A stretch of 64,000 nucleotides of DNA, taken from NCBI RefSeq assembly GCF_009914755.1, contig NC_060929.1; one strand, written 5' to 3'. A program made the translations under genes and the position numbers. The notes below the pieces were generated by a model, which saw nothing but the letters and a program-made list of their open reading frames with translations, was not told where the DNA came from and made no database searches. Shown one piece after another: positions 1 to 22,026 of this stretch. The first letter of the stretch is position 1. Every line of letters begins with the position of its first letter. Origin of the DNA: the human T2T-CHM13v2.0 reference genome, Homo sapiens.

Positions 1-558
1 CACAGCATATCATTCTGCCTTGTAGTAATTCTCAGCTCCACGAAAGAGGAAGAAAAATTCTACTAACTGCTAGAAAAAAAACAAGCCACAAGAGGTGATG
101 ATGGAAAAGCAGCAAAACTCAGTGACCATGCAAGGCCACTTACTAGCTGGGCGACCTGTGAGATGGGGATGATACACCCTAACCCTCATGGGAATGATAA
201 GCTCATCCAGGCCTTGACACGTGCCTGGCCCCAGGTCGGGACTCAGTTATGTGAGCTGTCACTATGATTCTTTCCTTGAGTTCATGGGTCTGTTTTTCTC
301 ATTTATTTTTGTTTGGGTTTTTTGAGGCTCTGTGAAAGCCATCCTCTCCCCTCTCACCCAGAAATGTTCCTGTGCCATTCTATTGAATCCTTCCACATCC
401 TGAAGTTCCATCACCAAACCCTGGCTGGGAACCCCTGGTTAGCCTCCCTAACACCTACTATCTGTATGGCCTTGGACAACCGCCAATCCTCTCCGTAAAA
501 TGGGCTAATATTACGTGGCTCTAGGATTTACTGTAAGGAACAGATGAGGTGGTACTTA

Positions 559-885
<327 letters not shown>

Positions 886-1328
886 CTAATACACCGTGGA
901 TATGTAACAAGGTCAGACACTTCCCGCTTCTCCAACAAGGTGCCAACACAGAGGAAAAGATTGTAAACCTGGGGTCGAGTCCTGGTGTGCCACTTAATTG
1001 ACTACATGACCCTGGATAAGTCAATCTCCCTGAGCCTCCATTTCCCCATCTGTAAAATGGCCTAATCATCTCTTGCCTCCAACTTCATTGAGAAAGTTAA
1101 ATGAGATTCCTTACATGAAAGAACAGCACAAAAGCCACACAGTTAATATGTGTTTGTTAAATCTCTACCAAATGAAATCACCAGTAAGTTTCATGCTTAG
1201 ATCACGTCACTTAGGATTCCTACAAAAATATGCCTTCCTCTCAGTCTGATTCCTAGGGAAAACAAAACAAAGAAATGTCTTCCCAGAACTACAATTTCTT
1301 TATGTATTTATTTATTTTTGAGAACTAA

Positions 1329-1805
<477 letters not shown>

Positions 1806-2109
1806 TGACAACCTGGCTTGCTTCCTCTTCTTTAGTTCAAGAGCTCCACAACCCCTTGAGCTTCCCTTTTATTTATTTATTTTTTTGCCTTGGCTGCTGG
1901 GAAGCTCTGGGTTAAGTTCCTCAGCTTTGGTTTGACTCCCAGGCCTTACTTGCTTTTTTTAGTATCTGGGTCTTAACATTTTTACCTTCAGCTTATCAGT
2001 GGCAGGAGGGCTACAGGGGATTGGTATTATAAACTTGTCAGGGCTTTTTGCAGAAATACATGGGGTTTAATTAATAAAACAATAGTCTCAACAGTAACAG
2101 ATAAAATAA

Positions 2110-2465
2110 TAGTTGAATGTATCTCCCAAAAGGCATGTGTTGGAAACTTAATCCCCAATGTAACAGTGTTGGGAGGTGGGACCAACAGTAATGGGGGGTG
2201 TTTAGACCATGAGGGCTCCACCCTCATGAATGAATTAGTGCTGATTATAAAAGGGCTAGAGGCTGTGAGTTCAGTTGCTGGCTCTCTCCTGCATGCCCTC
2301 TTGCTCTTTCCACCTTCCACGATGGCAAGAAGGCCCTCGCCAGATGCAGGGCCCTCAACCTTGGACTTCCCAGCCTCCAGAGCCATGAGCTAGATAAATT
2401 TCTATTGTTTACAAATTACCCAGTGTCAGGTATTCTGTTATAGCAGCATAAAATGCACTGAGACG
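2110..2465 (+). mobile_element. MaLR LTR (MST/MLT1A-type)
   Basis: Typical MaLR segments 'ccttggacttcccagcctccagagccatgag...aaattacccagtgtcaggtattctgttatagcagca'. Confidence 0.85.
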
Positions 2466-4226
2466 ATGGTAATAAATATGAATAAAATAATAATCTCAAT
2501 GCTTTAGGAAATTACTACATATGCATGCTTAGAAAAAAGACTGGAAGCACAAAACCCATAGGAGGATTACAGGTAGTTTGTACTTTTATGTATTATATTC
2601 AATAAATATGTATTATCAAACTGTATATTAGAAATAAACATGACTTTTAAATTTTTAATTTTTTTAATTCAACCTAGGGGCTTTAGTTTTTTTTTAATGG
2701 AAAGAACTGGCCTAGAATAACCTACTGCTACAGATACAGCTATTCTTCTGATTGGGATGGGGAATCCGTGCCCACCCGTGATGAAGGTCCCAGTGGTCCA
2801 GTCCCCTGCTTCCTGGATAAAGGGAGGCTCCTCAGGATCGGAAAGCTAAAGGCCTCTAAGCCCTGATCAAGTCCAAAGTGAAACCGCCCCAGTGCTAAAA
2901 GGACGGATTCCCTGAACCTGTCAAGGGCATAAGCAGCCTATATTTGCAGGTGGCTCACGGTTTTCCTAGGACCTGAAGAACTGAGATTTGTGGTCAGTTT
3001 AATGCATTGATCATTATAAACTGAGTGTCTACCAGGGGCCCTACTTTGCTAGGCAACAGTAGGGGACACAAAAGTAGTATGTGATCAACAAACACTATCT
3101 GAGCTCCTAGTGCATGGCAAGCCTGGGGACTGAGGACCCAGGGAGAATCAAACAGGTCCCTGCCCCAAGATCACCAGCTGAGGGAGATATAGAAATGAGT
3201 GGTGCAGGCACACGGTGACTATGTAACCCAGAAGCCTGTGGACACGGTCATTAACCTGCCTTAGAGCTATCCCAGAGGAAGCAGATATCCAGGCTGAGTT
3301 TTGAAGGGTGAATTTACCACGTGGGGAAGGGTAAAGGCATTCCTGGCAGAACACAGAAGCAGAGGTGGGGCAGCAGGGAAAAGCGTGGAAGCGGGTAATG
3401 GCGGAGCATTCCATGGGGTTCCAAAGGATGGGAATCCAGCAGGCTGGAGGTCAATTAGAACTAGAACTTGAACATCTCAAAGTATGAACCTAATCTGGAG
3501 AGCTGTGTGTGCGTGTGTGCGTGTGTGTCTGGGGAGATACACCAAAGGGTTTAAGCAAGGGGTGTTGTAGACAGGCTTTTGCTTTGGAAAGATCCCTCTA
3601 GATGCATTATTAAGGAAAAAACAGTGGGTTGGGGACAAACAGCGAAGAGGCCATTTCATGAGTCCTGATGTCCTGGGCACCATGGCTACCTCCCCCTCCA
3701 CATACACCATGTCTTCCTTCCCCTTTGTGAAATAGCCATGAGAACTGGGTAGGACTTACTCATCCCCTGCAAGGGAGGGGTAGAAGCAGGGTGCTAAGCC
3801 AGTCAGGAAAATTTTCTGCCTCGTGCCCTGACTCAGGGCTGGTGTCATCAGAGCTAAGCTGGTGAGTTGTGCTTGATGGTGTGGAATGCCACGTCGTCTC
3901 ACTCTGGAGCTAATTAGGAAGCACACAACTCTGATGGTTGCAGGAAACCATGTTGCAACCACGAGAGAAGTGGGTGTGAAGACAAAGCTAATACACAGAG
4001 GAAGACAGAGAGAATCACAGGAAAACGGAGAACAAGCCTGCTCCCTACTAACTTTTTAGGCAGAATATGCAAACGAATTAATTTCTGCGCTGTTTAGTAG
4101 GTTAGTTTAAGGTTTGCTGTCACTTGTTACCAAAAGTACCTGATCCCACGCTTGGCAGGAGATGATGAGTAACCACACTCTCCAGGTGGCAGACTCCAGG
4201 TTGTACCAGCTGAAAATGCTACACCA

Positions 4227-4400
4227 ACGGCTCTCCAACTTGAACGTTCAGCAGAGTGCTTGTTAAAACAGATCACTGGGTCCCACTCCAGAGCTTCTGA
4301 TTCAGTGGGTCTGAAGCAAGGTCCAAGAATCTGGTTTCCAACAAGTGCTCAGATGCTGCTGCTGTTGCTGGACCCCTGGTCACACTTTGAGAACTACTGC
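4227..4400. mobile_element. MER5A (hAT-Charlie)
   Basis: 'cagagcttctgattcagtgggtctg...cacactttgagaactactgc' matches MER5A. Confidence 0.8.
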
Positions 4401-4929
4401 TCAATGGGAATTTATAAGAGCAAGAGGCCTGGACCCTGGGACCACATCTGTCCTCCCCTTAACAAAAGGCACTGTAAGATGTTGGTAGAGAAACTTGGGG
4501 GCAAACTGGCAGAAGTACTGCCTCTTTTATGCTCCTTGTTATCCTAAATTTCATCACCAGTGTTCCTTTTTATCTTGCCTCAAACCAAAGAGTGAGGGGC
4601 TTTGGTAGGATGTATGATCATCCTCATCAGCCTTTACCAAGAGATGGTTTGAGAAGCCCTGAGTATTCACACAGAAGCTTTGGGGATCTTCATTATTAAA
4701 GACCGTACTGCAGTCTGTTTCAATGAGTTTTTTAAAAAAATATTTCCATATCCTCCCATCTTTAAATAAAAATTTTGAGGACCTCTAAATATGTGTCAAA
4801 GGGTATATGGGGGTTAGTAAAAGACCAGATGGACAAAAATGACACCAAAAGCACAAGCAACCAAAGAAAAAATAGATACCCTGGACTTCATCAACATTGA
4901 ACATATTTGTGCATCAAAGGACAGTATCA

Positions 4930-5091
<162 letters not shown>

Positions 5092-6075
5092 TCATTAGCG
5101 GGGTATGGTGGCACACACCTGTGGTCCCAGATACTTGGGGGGCTGAGGTGGAAGGATCATTTGAGCTTGGGAGGTCGAGAATGCAGCGTGCAATAATTGT
5201 GACACTGCACGCCAGCCTGGGAGAAAGAACAAGACTTTATCTCAAAAAAAAAAAGAAAAAGAAAAAGTAACCCACAAATGGAAAATATTTGCAAATCATA
5301 TATCTGATAAAGGACTAGTATCCAGAATACATAAAGAACTCATAGCACTCAAAAATAAAAGAGCAAATAACCCAATCTTAAAATAGGCAAAAGATTTGAA
5401 TAGATGTTTTTCCAAAGAAGATGTACAAATGGCCACTAAGCATATGAAAAGATGCTCAACATTACTAGTCATTAGGGCAACACTAATCAAAACCAAAATG
5501 AGATACCACTTCACACATGCTAGAATGCTCAGAATTAAAAACATGAACAAGGCTGGGCACGGTGGCTCACGTCTGTGATCCCAGCACTTTGGGAGGCTGA
5601 GGTGGGTGGATCACCTGAGGTCAGGAGTTTGAGACAGCCTGGCCGACATAGTGAAACCCTGTCTCTAATAAAAATACAAAAGTTAGCCAGGTGTGGTGGC
5701 ACACGCCTGTAGTCCCAGTTACTTAGGAGGCTGAGACAAAAGAATCATTTGAACCTGGGAGGCGGAGGTTGCAGTGAGCCAAGATCACGTCACTGCACTC
5801 CAGCCTGGGAGACAGAGCGAGACTCCATCTCAAAAAACAAAAGATAAACAACAGTAAGTGTTGGCAGGAATATGGAGAAATTGGAACCTTCATACACTGA
5901 TGGTGGTAATGTAAAATGTGCAGTCCAGGCACTTTGGGAGAGTCCGGCAGTTCCTCAATATGTTAAACGTAGCATTACTATTGATCCAAATGGCAATTCC
6001 CTCCTACATATAGATCCAAAAGAATTTTTAAAATATGTTCATTAGCTAAACAGACTAAGATAAAAACTCAAATTA

Positions 6076-6405
<330 letters not shown>

Positions 6406-6634
6406 TCAAATTACTACAATCAGAAATGAAAAAGGGGACACATTACTACTGATTTGACAGAAAGGACTATCAGAGAGTACTATGAACAACTGTATGACAA
6501 CAAATTGAATAAACTAGATGAAATAGAAAAATTCCTAGAAACACAACCTGGCAAGCCTGGATCATGAAGAAACAGAAGACCTGAATAGATGTAACTTCTA
6601 AGGAGACTGAACAGTAATTTAAAACCTCCACACA

Positions 6635-7607
<973 letters not shown>

Positions 7608-8403
7608 TACTGATGCAAAGATACTCAACAAAATACTTGCGAATCATATTTAACTATTAAAAGAGAGATTACACCATGATCAAGTGGGATTTATTCCTGG
7701 AATGTAAGGATGGTTCAACATTCAAAAATCTATCAATGTAATATACCACATTAACACGATGAAAGGAGATAAAAAAAAACTACGTGATCATCTCAGTTAA
7801 AGCAGAAAAAGCATTTGGCACAGTTAAACACCACTTCATGAGAAATACTCAACAAACAAAATAGAAGAAAACAACCTCAACATATATAAAGGTCATATAT
7901 TAAAATGCCATATATTGGGCCAGGCGCAGTGGCTCACGCCTGTAATCTCAGCACTTTGGGAGGCCGAGGCGGGCGGATCACAAGGTCAGGAGATCGAGAC
8001 CATCCTGGCTAACACGGTGAAATCCCATCTTTACTAAAAATACAAAAAAAAAAAAAAAAAATTAGCCGGGCGTGGTGGCGGGCGCCTGTAGTCCCAGCTA
8101 CTCGGGAGGCTGAGGCAGGAGAATGGCATGAACCTGGAGGCGGAGCTTGCAGTGAGCCGAGATCACACCACAGTACTCCAGCCTGGACGACAGAGCGAGA
8201 CTCTGTCTCAAAAAAAAAAAAAAAAGGCCATATATTAAAGGCCATATATTAAAAATGCACAGTTAACATCGCACTTAATGGTGAAAGACTGAAAGCTTTT
8301 CCTCCAAGATCACGAACAAGGCAAAAATGCCCACGCTCACCACTCCTACACAACATAGCACTGAGAGTCCTAGCCAGTGCACTTAGGCAACAAAATGAAA
8401 TAA

Positions 8404-8675
<272 letters not shown>

Positions 8676-9047
8676 TGATCCGCCCACCTTGGCCTCCCAA
8701 AGTGCTGGGATTACAGGCATGAGCCACTGCGCCCAGCCAATAAAATTATTTCTGTTGGTATACAACATAATCTTATATGTAGAAAATGCTAAAGATTATG
8801 CAAGAAAGTTAGAATTAATAAACACATTTAGTTGCAGGTATAAGATAAGCACACAAAAATCAACCGTGTTTCTACATACTAACAATGAATAAACAAAAAA
8901 TTCAATTTACAACAGCATCAAAAAATGAATATACTTAGGAATGTTTATATAGTATTCCTAAAAACTTAAGAAGAAATAAACTTAAAAAGGAGGCAAAAGT
9001 CCTGTGCACTGAAAACTATAAATTGTTGCAAAAAAAAATTAAAGATT

Positions 9048-9405
<358 letters not shown>

Positions 9406-10794
9406 TTAATATTGTTAAGATGTCAATACTACCCAACATGATCTACAGATTCATTGTAATCCCTGTCAAATCCTGATGGCATCTTTTACAGAAATAGAAA
9501 AATCTATCCTAAAATATTATGGAATCTCAAGGGACCCTAAATAGCCAAAACAATTTTGAAAAAGAAAAACAAAGGTGAAGGTCGCACACTTCCAGATTTC
9601 AAAATGTACTACAATGCTGCAGTAACCAATACGGTGTGGTACTGGCATAAAGACAGACATATAGATCAAGAGAACAGAATAGAGAGTCCAGAAATAAGGC
9701 TGGGCATGGTGGCTCACACTGGTAATCTCAGCACCTTGGGAGGTGAGAGGACTGCTTGAGTCCAGGAATTCAAGACCAGCCTGGGCAATATAGTGAGACC
9801 CCATCTCTGGAAAAAAAAAAAAAAAAAGAAAAGAGAGAGGGAGTCCAGAAATAAAACCTTGACATATATAGTCAAATGGGTTTTGGCAAGGATGCCAACA
9901 AGACCAATCAATAAGGAAGGAACAGTCTTTTTGATAAATGGAGCTGGGAAAACTGGATATCCATGAAAGAGAGAGAAGCTGGAGCCCTACCTTACACCAT
10001 ATACAAAAACCAACTCAAAATGAATTACAAAGTGAAGTGTTAAACTTAAAAAAGGAGGCAAAAGACCTGTGCACTGAAAACTACAAATTGTTGCCAAAAG
10101 AAATTAAAGATGACACATATAAATGTGTCATAAAACTCCTAGAAGAAATCATAGGGGAAAAGCTTCCTAACATCGATCTTGGCAATGATTTCATGGATAT
10201 TACACCAAAAGCACAGCCAAAAAAAAAAAAAAAAACCCAAAAATAAACAAGTGGGATACATCAAACTAAAAAGTTCTGCACAGCAAAGGAGACAATCAGT
10301 AGAATGAAAAGGCAGCCTACAAAATGGGGAGAAATATTTGCAAACCATATATTTAACAGGGGTTAATCTCCAAAATATATAAGGAACTCCTGCAACTTGA
10401 TTGCAAAAAAAACCCTAATATCCCAATTAAAAAATGAATGAAGGACGTGAATGGACACCTCTTCAAAGACGACATACAAATGTCCAACAGGTAAATAAAA
10501 AGATGCTCAACATCACTAATCATCACGGAAAGGCAAATCAAAACCACAGTGAGATATGTATCATCTTACACCTGTAAAAATGGCTATCATCAAGAAGACA
10601 AAAGATGACACGTGTTGATGAGGATGTGGAGAAAAGGGAGCATTTGCACACTGTTGGTGGGTATACAAAACGGTGCAGCTGCTATAGAAAACAGTATGGA
10701 AGTTCCTCAAAAATTAAAAACAGAACTACTTGGCCAGGTGTGGTGGTGCATGCCTGTAATCCCGTCACTTTCGGAGGCCGAGGCAGGTGGATCA

Positions 10795-11138
<344 letters not shown>

Positions 11139-11610
11139 TCATCGCAGCACTATTCATAAAAGCCGAGATGTAGAAACAACCTAAATGTCCACCAAGAGAT
11201 GAATGGATAAAGAAAATGTAGTATGTACACACAATGGATCCCTATTCTGCCTTAAGAAGGAAATTCCGCAAAGTGAGACAATATGGATGAACCCTGAGGA
11301 CATTATGCTACATGGAATAAGCCAGTCACGGAAAGGCAAGTACTGCAGATTCCACTTAAATGAGGAATCTGGTAAAACAGTCAAAATCCTAGAATCAAGA
11401 GTGGAATGGTGGCTGCCATGGGCTGATGGTAGAGGAAATGGGGAGTTACTCATTACTGGGCATAAAGTTTCAGTTAAGCCAGATGAATAAGCTCTGGAGA
11501 TCTGTTGGACAACGCTATAGCTATGGTCTGCACAATGTGCTGTACACGTTAAAATGTGTTTAAAGGGTAGTCTCACGCTAAGTGTTCTTATCACAAGAAA
11601 ATACAATTTA

Positions 11611-11748
<138 letters not shown>

Positions 11749-14700
11749 TTAGCCAGGCATAGTGGTGCGTGCCTGTGGTCCCAGCTACTCAGGAGGCTGA
11801 CGTGGGAGGATGGCTTGTGCCCAGGAATCAGAGGTTGCAGTGAGCCGATTGTGCCACTACATACACTCCAGCCTGTGTGTCAGAGCCAGACCCTGTCTCA
11901 AAAAAAAAAAAAAAAATTTAAAAGAGAGAAAAATAAGGTGGTCCTGCATGGGCTTAGATACAGGTAATACACTCTGGTAAGGGAGGTGCCTGCTCTACCT
12001 GGGCCCTCTTGTCAGAGGTGTGGTCTCTGCACCCAGGAACTCCTTGTTTCCCTGGCAACCTCAGCCTATATGCGCTCTCAGAGGGTGTCTGATGGGGGAT
12101 GTCACAGCAGCCTGTAATCGCCGGCTTTCTTCTCTGGCTGAGGGCCAAAGGAAACTGGACACCTGTGTTCCATGACCCCCATCAGTTTAGATCGAGCAGC
12201 TGTCGTGGTGCCGTGTAAGGGTTGGGGCCTTGCTACGGGATCCTGGCAGGCCGCAACACCTCTAAGGTAACTCGTCCATTCATTCATAAATTTATCAGGC
12301 ACCTGCCCTGTACCAGGCATTGTTTTAGCCACTGGGAATACAGCAGTGAAAAAACAGTTTCCATCTCCTGGGAGTTCACATTCAGGAGGCCAATCTATGG
12401 GTCTGGATGGTTATCTCCACCTGCTAGGCGGGGATAAATGAGACAGCACACGTCACACACCCAGCATTAGACCTGCACACCTCAATTTAAGTAATTATTT
12501 GCCTTCTTGGCCCAGTGTCCACTTAGAGTTGCCGTGGGACTGATTACTACACAAACGTCTTTAGAGCTGTGCAAATTAGGAATCAGCTCAATATTGCTTA
12601 GGACTGACAGAGCTAGGATTTTAAAATCTCTCTTCTCCACCAGACCAGCCCTCTGGGAATAAATATTGACACCAAAGTGCTGTGCCAAGTTGATTTCCAC
12701 CCTTCTAAGTAATGCGCACAAAGAAAACCCGATGTGTGCAGGTGTTCTAAGGTTTTACATCATGTCCTCAACATCCCCACAAGGCAGGCAGTTAGCAGTT
12801 TAACCTGGGCCAACCTCGGTATCCCTATCTACGACACCTAATGCAATTTGAGAGCTTACTCTGTGCCGGGCCGTATGCTAAGTGCTTTCCATGGATTATC
12901 TCACACTCACTATTTGAGGTAGGTATCCTAAAAAAATGCCTGGACCTCATAAGATTTATTGTGAGGATTAAGTAGGATAATGTATGTCAGAACAAAAGAC
13001 ATTGCCTGGTACATAGTAAGTCAATGCTTGATAAATGTTATCGAGTATTACCAGCACTAGGTATTATTGTATTCCCATTTTACATATGGGGAAACTGAGG
13101 CTCAGGAAGATTAAGGTCACAGATAAGTGGCAGAGATCTAAGCACCCCATCCCTCCTCATGCCTCAAGGAGGAAGCCACAAACAGGCTGGGTCACAGCCC
13201 CTGGGTGGGTGGGGGGAAAGGCCCCTCTGCTTCTTTGCTCCAGCCCTCTCTGGGCCCTACTGGTCAGCACACACATACCAAGTGAGCTTGCTCACCAGAG
13301 ATAAGGAAGCCAGGATGTCCCAGATAAGGGTGAGCCTGGACCACCCACAGGGTTTAGACATTAACTTTTACAGCGTATAGGCAGTAGGACCAGCAGGAAT
13401 TGGGTTGGCACTGTCACAGCCCCAGCTGTCCTCAAGAAAAAACCGAGTGCTAGGCGCAGTGGTTCACGAGTTCAGGAGTTTGAGACCAGCCTGGGCAACA
13501 AGGCCAAACCCTGTCTCTAGTAAAAATACAAAAGTCAGCCAGGTGTGGTGGCACATGTCTATAATCCCAGCTACTCGGGAGGCTGAGGCAGGAGAATAGC
13601 TTGAACCGGGAGGCAGAGGCTGCAGTGAGCCGAGATCGTGCCACTGCACTCCAGGCTAAGCAACACAGCAAGACACTGTCTCAAAAACAAAACAAAAAAA
13701 AAGAAAGAAAGAAAATTAAGGCACTTTGACTCCAGAGGTGAGGCATCAACACGCAGTGACCACACCGTGCTCTGGGCCTGGATCCCCTCACCTCCCTGGG
13801 CTTTCCTGAGGCCAAGAGCATGTCCTGGGTACACAAAGGTGCTCAATAAATAAATGTTAGCAAAACTCCTAGAACTCAAATTAAATAAGCCACAGCCAGG
13901 AGATGTGGACATGGTCCTGGGTCTGCCACCATCCTTCTGTGGGGCTGTCCTGACCTCTTTCCTGCTCTGAGCCTCCGCTGTTTTCCCATCTGGAAAATGA
14001 AGCTCTCAACAGCAATAAGGTCATTTGCAACATGGACTATGTAGGTTCAAAGTGAGCGAAGTCACTTTATCCTTGAAGAAGCAGTTTACATCTAAAAAAA
14101 TTCCCTTCATACGATCCAATATCAAAGCCCGGGACCTAGTACATCATCATAAGTGTTTGTTGAATAAATGAATGAATAAACATGAATGAAAAAATTCAGT
14201 AGCCTTAAGATGCCCAGAAATCAGGGGCAGAACAGCCAAAAGATGGCTAACAGAGATGACAGCCAGATTGTGCAAACGAAGCAGGACAAAGGCAAGCCAG
14301 TCCCTCCCTCTACTGCCAACCAAGAGAGAAGAGATGATGGCTGCCATTACTGAGCCGCTAGTGCATACGTGGCATGGCGCTAAGTGTTTGATAAGCATTC
14401 CTTCACTTAATTTCATAAGCAATACAAATATTCCTGTTTTACAGATGGGGAAACTGAGGTTTGGTGGGGGAAGGGGCTTCCCCAAAGCCACTCAGCTGAT
14501 AAGTGACAGAACCAGAGTATAGACCAAGGTCAGTCTGACTCCAAGACACACGGACAGCCTAGCTGTGTAGCCACGGGCAAGCTGCTTTCCCTCTCTAGGC
14601 TTGTTTCTTCCTGCGGAAGCAGAGGTAGGCATGACCATCAGCCCCCCAGGCCTCCCTGCACTGAGAGATGCTGTCAGTGGGGCGGTGCTGGGAACCTCCT

Positions 14701-17073
14701 TAGCCTCTCCAATACAGCACAGAAGACAAAAGTTATCCAACCAAGGCCTCTGCCTGAGAAGCAAGTCCCTGGAGGCAGACACCAAAAAACGCAACAGTCA
14801 ACACAGAAATGTCCTTAGCATATCAGCAGCCAGCTGCTGTGGGTGGAGTCCCAGAATCTCCCCATCTCTGAGCTCCAGGCCAAACAATGCTGCCATTTAC
14901 TAGGCAGCCTACACCCCCAGGCCTCCCAGGAACGCTGGGCCAGGCGTGTTCCTCCACCCCCAGCCTCACCCACCACATTCGAAGGAAGCCTGGGGAAGGA
15001 ATTAGGACTGCCCTTGAGCAGGGTGAACTGAGTTCACCCATGGGCAAGGGCATCTGGAACAGAGGGAGTGACCTTGAGGTTCCTAAGCGTGTACGTGCCA
15101 TGGGGCCGGGTGGAGGGAGTCCTGCCGAGGCAAAGGGGAGGGAACATCTAAGGGATGACTTAGATACCCCCCACCCCCTTTTACAGATGAGGAGACTCAG
15201 GTGGTTGCACACCTAACTACGCGTGCCCAAGTCCCAAGGCACCTCAGGATGGAACCAAGGCGACTCAATTTCAGGGGACCTAACTCCCTCAGGTACTATC
15301 TGGCCCACAGGTCGCAAGCACTGGCTCTGGGGTCAAAGTCCCCTGAGCTTGAGTCCATCCCATCTTCCAGAAATGCCAAGATCAGGGCTAAGATCAGACT
15401 CTGTGCAGATGCTAACCGGACTTCAGCCCTAGCGGAGAGACAAAGGCAGTTCTGTGTCTGCAGGGACATTTTTCATCCATTTGACCATCTGTCTCTCTGG
15501 CCACTGTTCTCTAAAGCCAGCTCTGCTAAGGACAGTGCTGGACACAAAGGGGAAGGAGCCAGGCCCATGCCCCTGCCCTGAGGAAAGTGACCCCCAAGGA
15601 GGAGGTCAGGAGATGGACTCACAAATCCCAGGACAAGGGTAAGAAGGGACAGGGAAAAGCACACCAGCTGTTGGAAGGCGGCACATTCAACTCAAATTGC
15701 TAAATGTTTTGTAACCTTTCAGTTGGTCCTTGAGGGACAGGTAGGAGTCAAACCAAGGCGGCGGGGGTGGGGCAGTGTGGGGCGGTGGCCACTGCAGGCA
15801 GAGCACGCGCTGGCCCGCTCAGAGCCTGCTCAGAAAGCCAGGGAAGAAGCACTTCCCTAAGGGCAACCCCCAGCCTTCCCGGATTCATTATTCAAGGGAC
15901 ATATGTCTCCAAAGAACCAAAGCTCCCACGTGAACCAAGGTGAGCACTGGGTTTCCACTCTGGAGCCAGACACACCTGGGTCCCAATTATGGCCGGACAC
16001 TAACAGAATGACCTTGGGACAAGTAACTTCGGAGATCCAAGCCTCAGTATGCTCATCTGTAAAGTGGGGGTGATGGTAGAGGCTGCCTCCCTGGTTGTGA
16101 TCACATGGGATCACACAGGGAAAGCCTGTAGCTCAGAACCTGGTGTCCAGTGAGTACAGCACAGCCATTAGTAGCATGTCCATGCTGTGTCCGTGCTGTG
16201 TCCATGCTGGAAACCGAAATCACCATCCACAGAGACAGCCCTGCACCAGCGCCTGCCCCGTGCAAGGCTGGAGAAACAACAGGTGTCCTGGGCAAGCTCA
16301 CACCTCCCACAGGACAGTAAAACACTGCGCACACACACACACTGTGTGGCGTCCATCTGTTGTCCACAGCACACGTCACCAACTCACGTCACCAACTCAC
16401 ATACTATACGCCTTACTTTTATTGTCTGTTGTCTGCCTCCCCCTCCTCCCTGCCCCCTGTAGAATGTAAATTTCCAGAGGGCAGGCCTTCGTGTCTGTGC
16501 GCCAGCACCTAAACTGCCGGGCCCACAGCCGGTGCTCCCCGGGGAAGCATGTGTTGGTGAGTGAATGAATGACTGAGTGAATCATTGCTACCCTGTCTAA
16601 ACGAGGGAGGTGGGAGGCCAATCACATGAGATCATGCATGTGGAATGCCAGACACAGGTAGGTATTATCATGACGGGGACAGAGGCCACGATAGCTGCAA
16701 CTGCTAAAGGTTCCACCAGAGACAACCCACTCCCAAGGCCAGGAAGAAGGAAGCAGCTCAAGAAACACAAGGAAAACGGAACACAGCCCCACAGCCCCCT
16801 CTACCTCCTTTGTCTCCACACTCCTTCCCACAGCACTGGAATCATCTGCTCCTATCTCATACAGGAAGGAGCATGAATCCAGAGTGGTCACCTGGCCGGG
16901 GCAGGACAAACCAGGGAGCATGTACCTATGTAGAGGGGCAGCCACACCCAGCCTGGCGCACAGAGCCTGCGAGGGAATAGGGCCCGTGGGGCCAAGTCAG
17001 ATGTCTGGATTCTTATATGAAAGGTGTGGATGTATAAAGGGCCACACCAATTCAAATAGTACAAAAAGCTTGC

Positions 17074-18275
<1,202 letters not shown>

Positions 18276-18995
18276 CCTGCCATCTGCGTAGCCTGTGGGC
18301 GTGGTTCACACATCTGTTGGCTGATGTGGACTATGAGCAACACGCCTGTCCTGCTAGTTAAGATGCCTGGCTTGGAGTCATACCATGAAAGCCACGAGCA
18401 GGTCTGGGACCCTCCTACACTGCTACTGTCTGCCAGCTGGGTTTCCAACCCTGGACACACTGTGGTGATCAGCACTATCATCCCCGACGTCCAGATGAGA
18501 AGCCTGGAGCTCAGAGGCACGAAGAGGCGTGTCTGGGGTCACACAGCAGGACAGGGTGCAGGCAGATTCCAATCCCACTCTGTGCATGATCAACTGAAGG
18601 AATGAGGGTGTGAGTGACAGGGTGGGGGGCAGAGGGAAGCAGGGCTGGGAGGTGCCCGGAGAGTACTAATGCAGGGGAAGGACAAGGTCAGATGGTGCAC
18701 TGACCTGACAGGAAGGGCTACATGGACGTGCTTGGTGACATGGTGGGCGAATCCTGGAATGACAATCACCCTTGCTCCTCTGCATGTGAGATAGACAGCC
18801 CAGGCCGGCTATTCCAACAGCGGGATCCCAGCAAAGCCCTCAGTTATCCACCTGCTGCTTCACAGCTCCATCTGCTCTGGGCCACCAACCGCACCCGGGT
18901 CACTGCCCAAGGGAGCAGCTGGACAGGTCCCCCGGCACAGGCCTCCTCACCACCAAGCCCTGCCAAAAAACATTCTGCCGGACGATGGCCCCTCA

Positions 18996-22026
<3,031 letters not shown>

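Noticed and set aside
13451-13715. Alu with a shortened left arm
   Set aside because: An ordinary internal deletion between ggttcac/ggatcac-like microhomologies; no sign of function.
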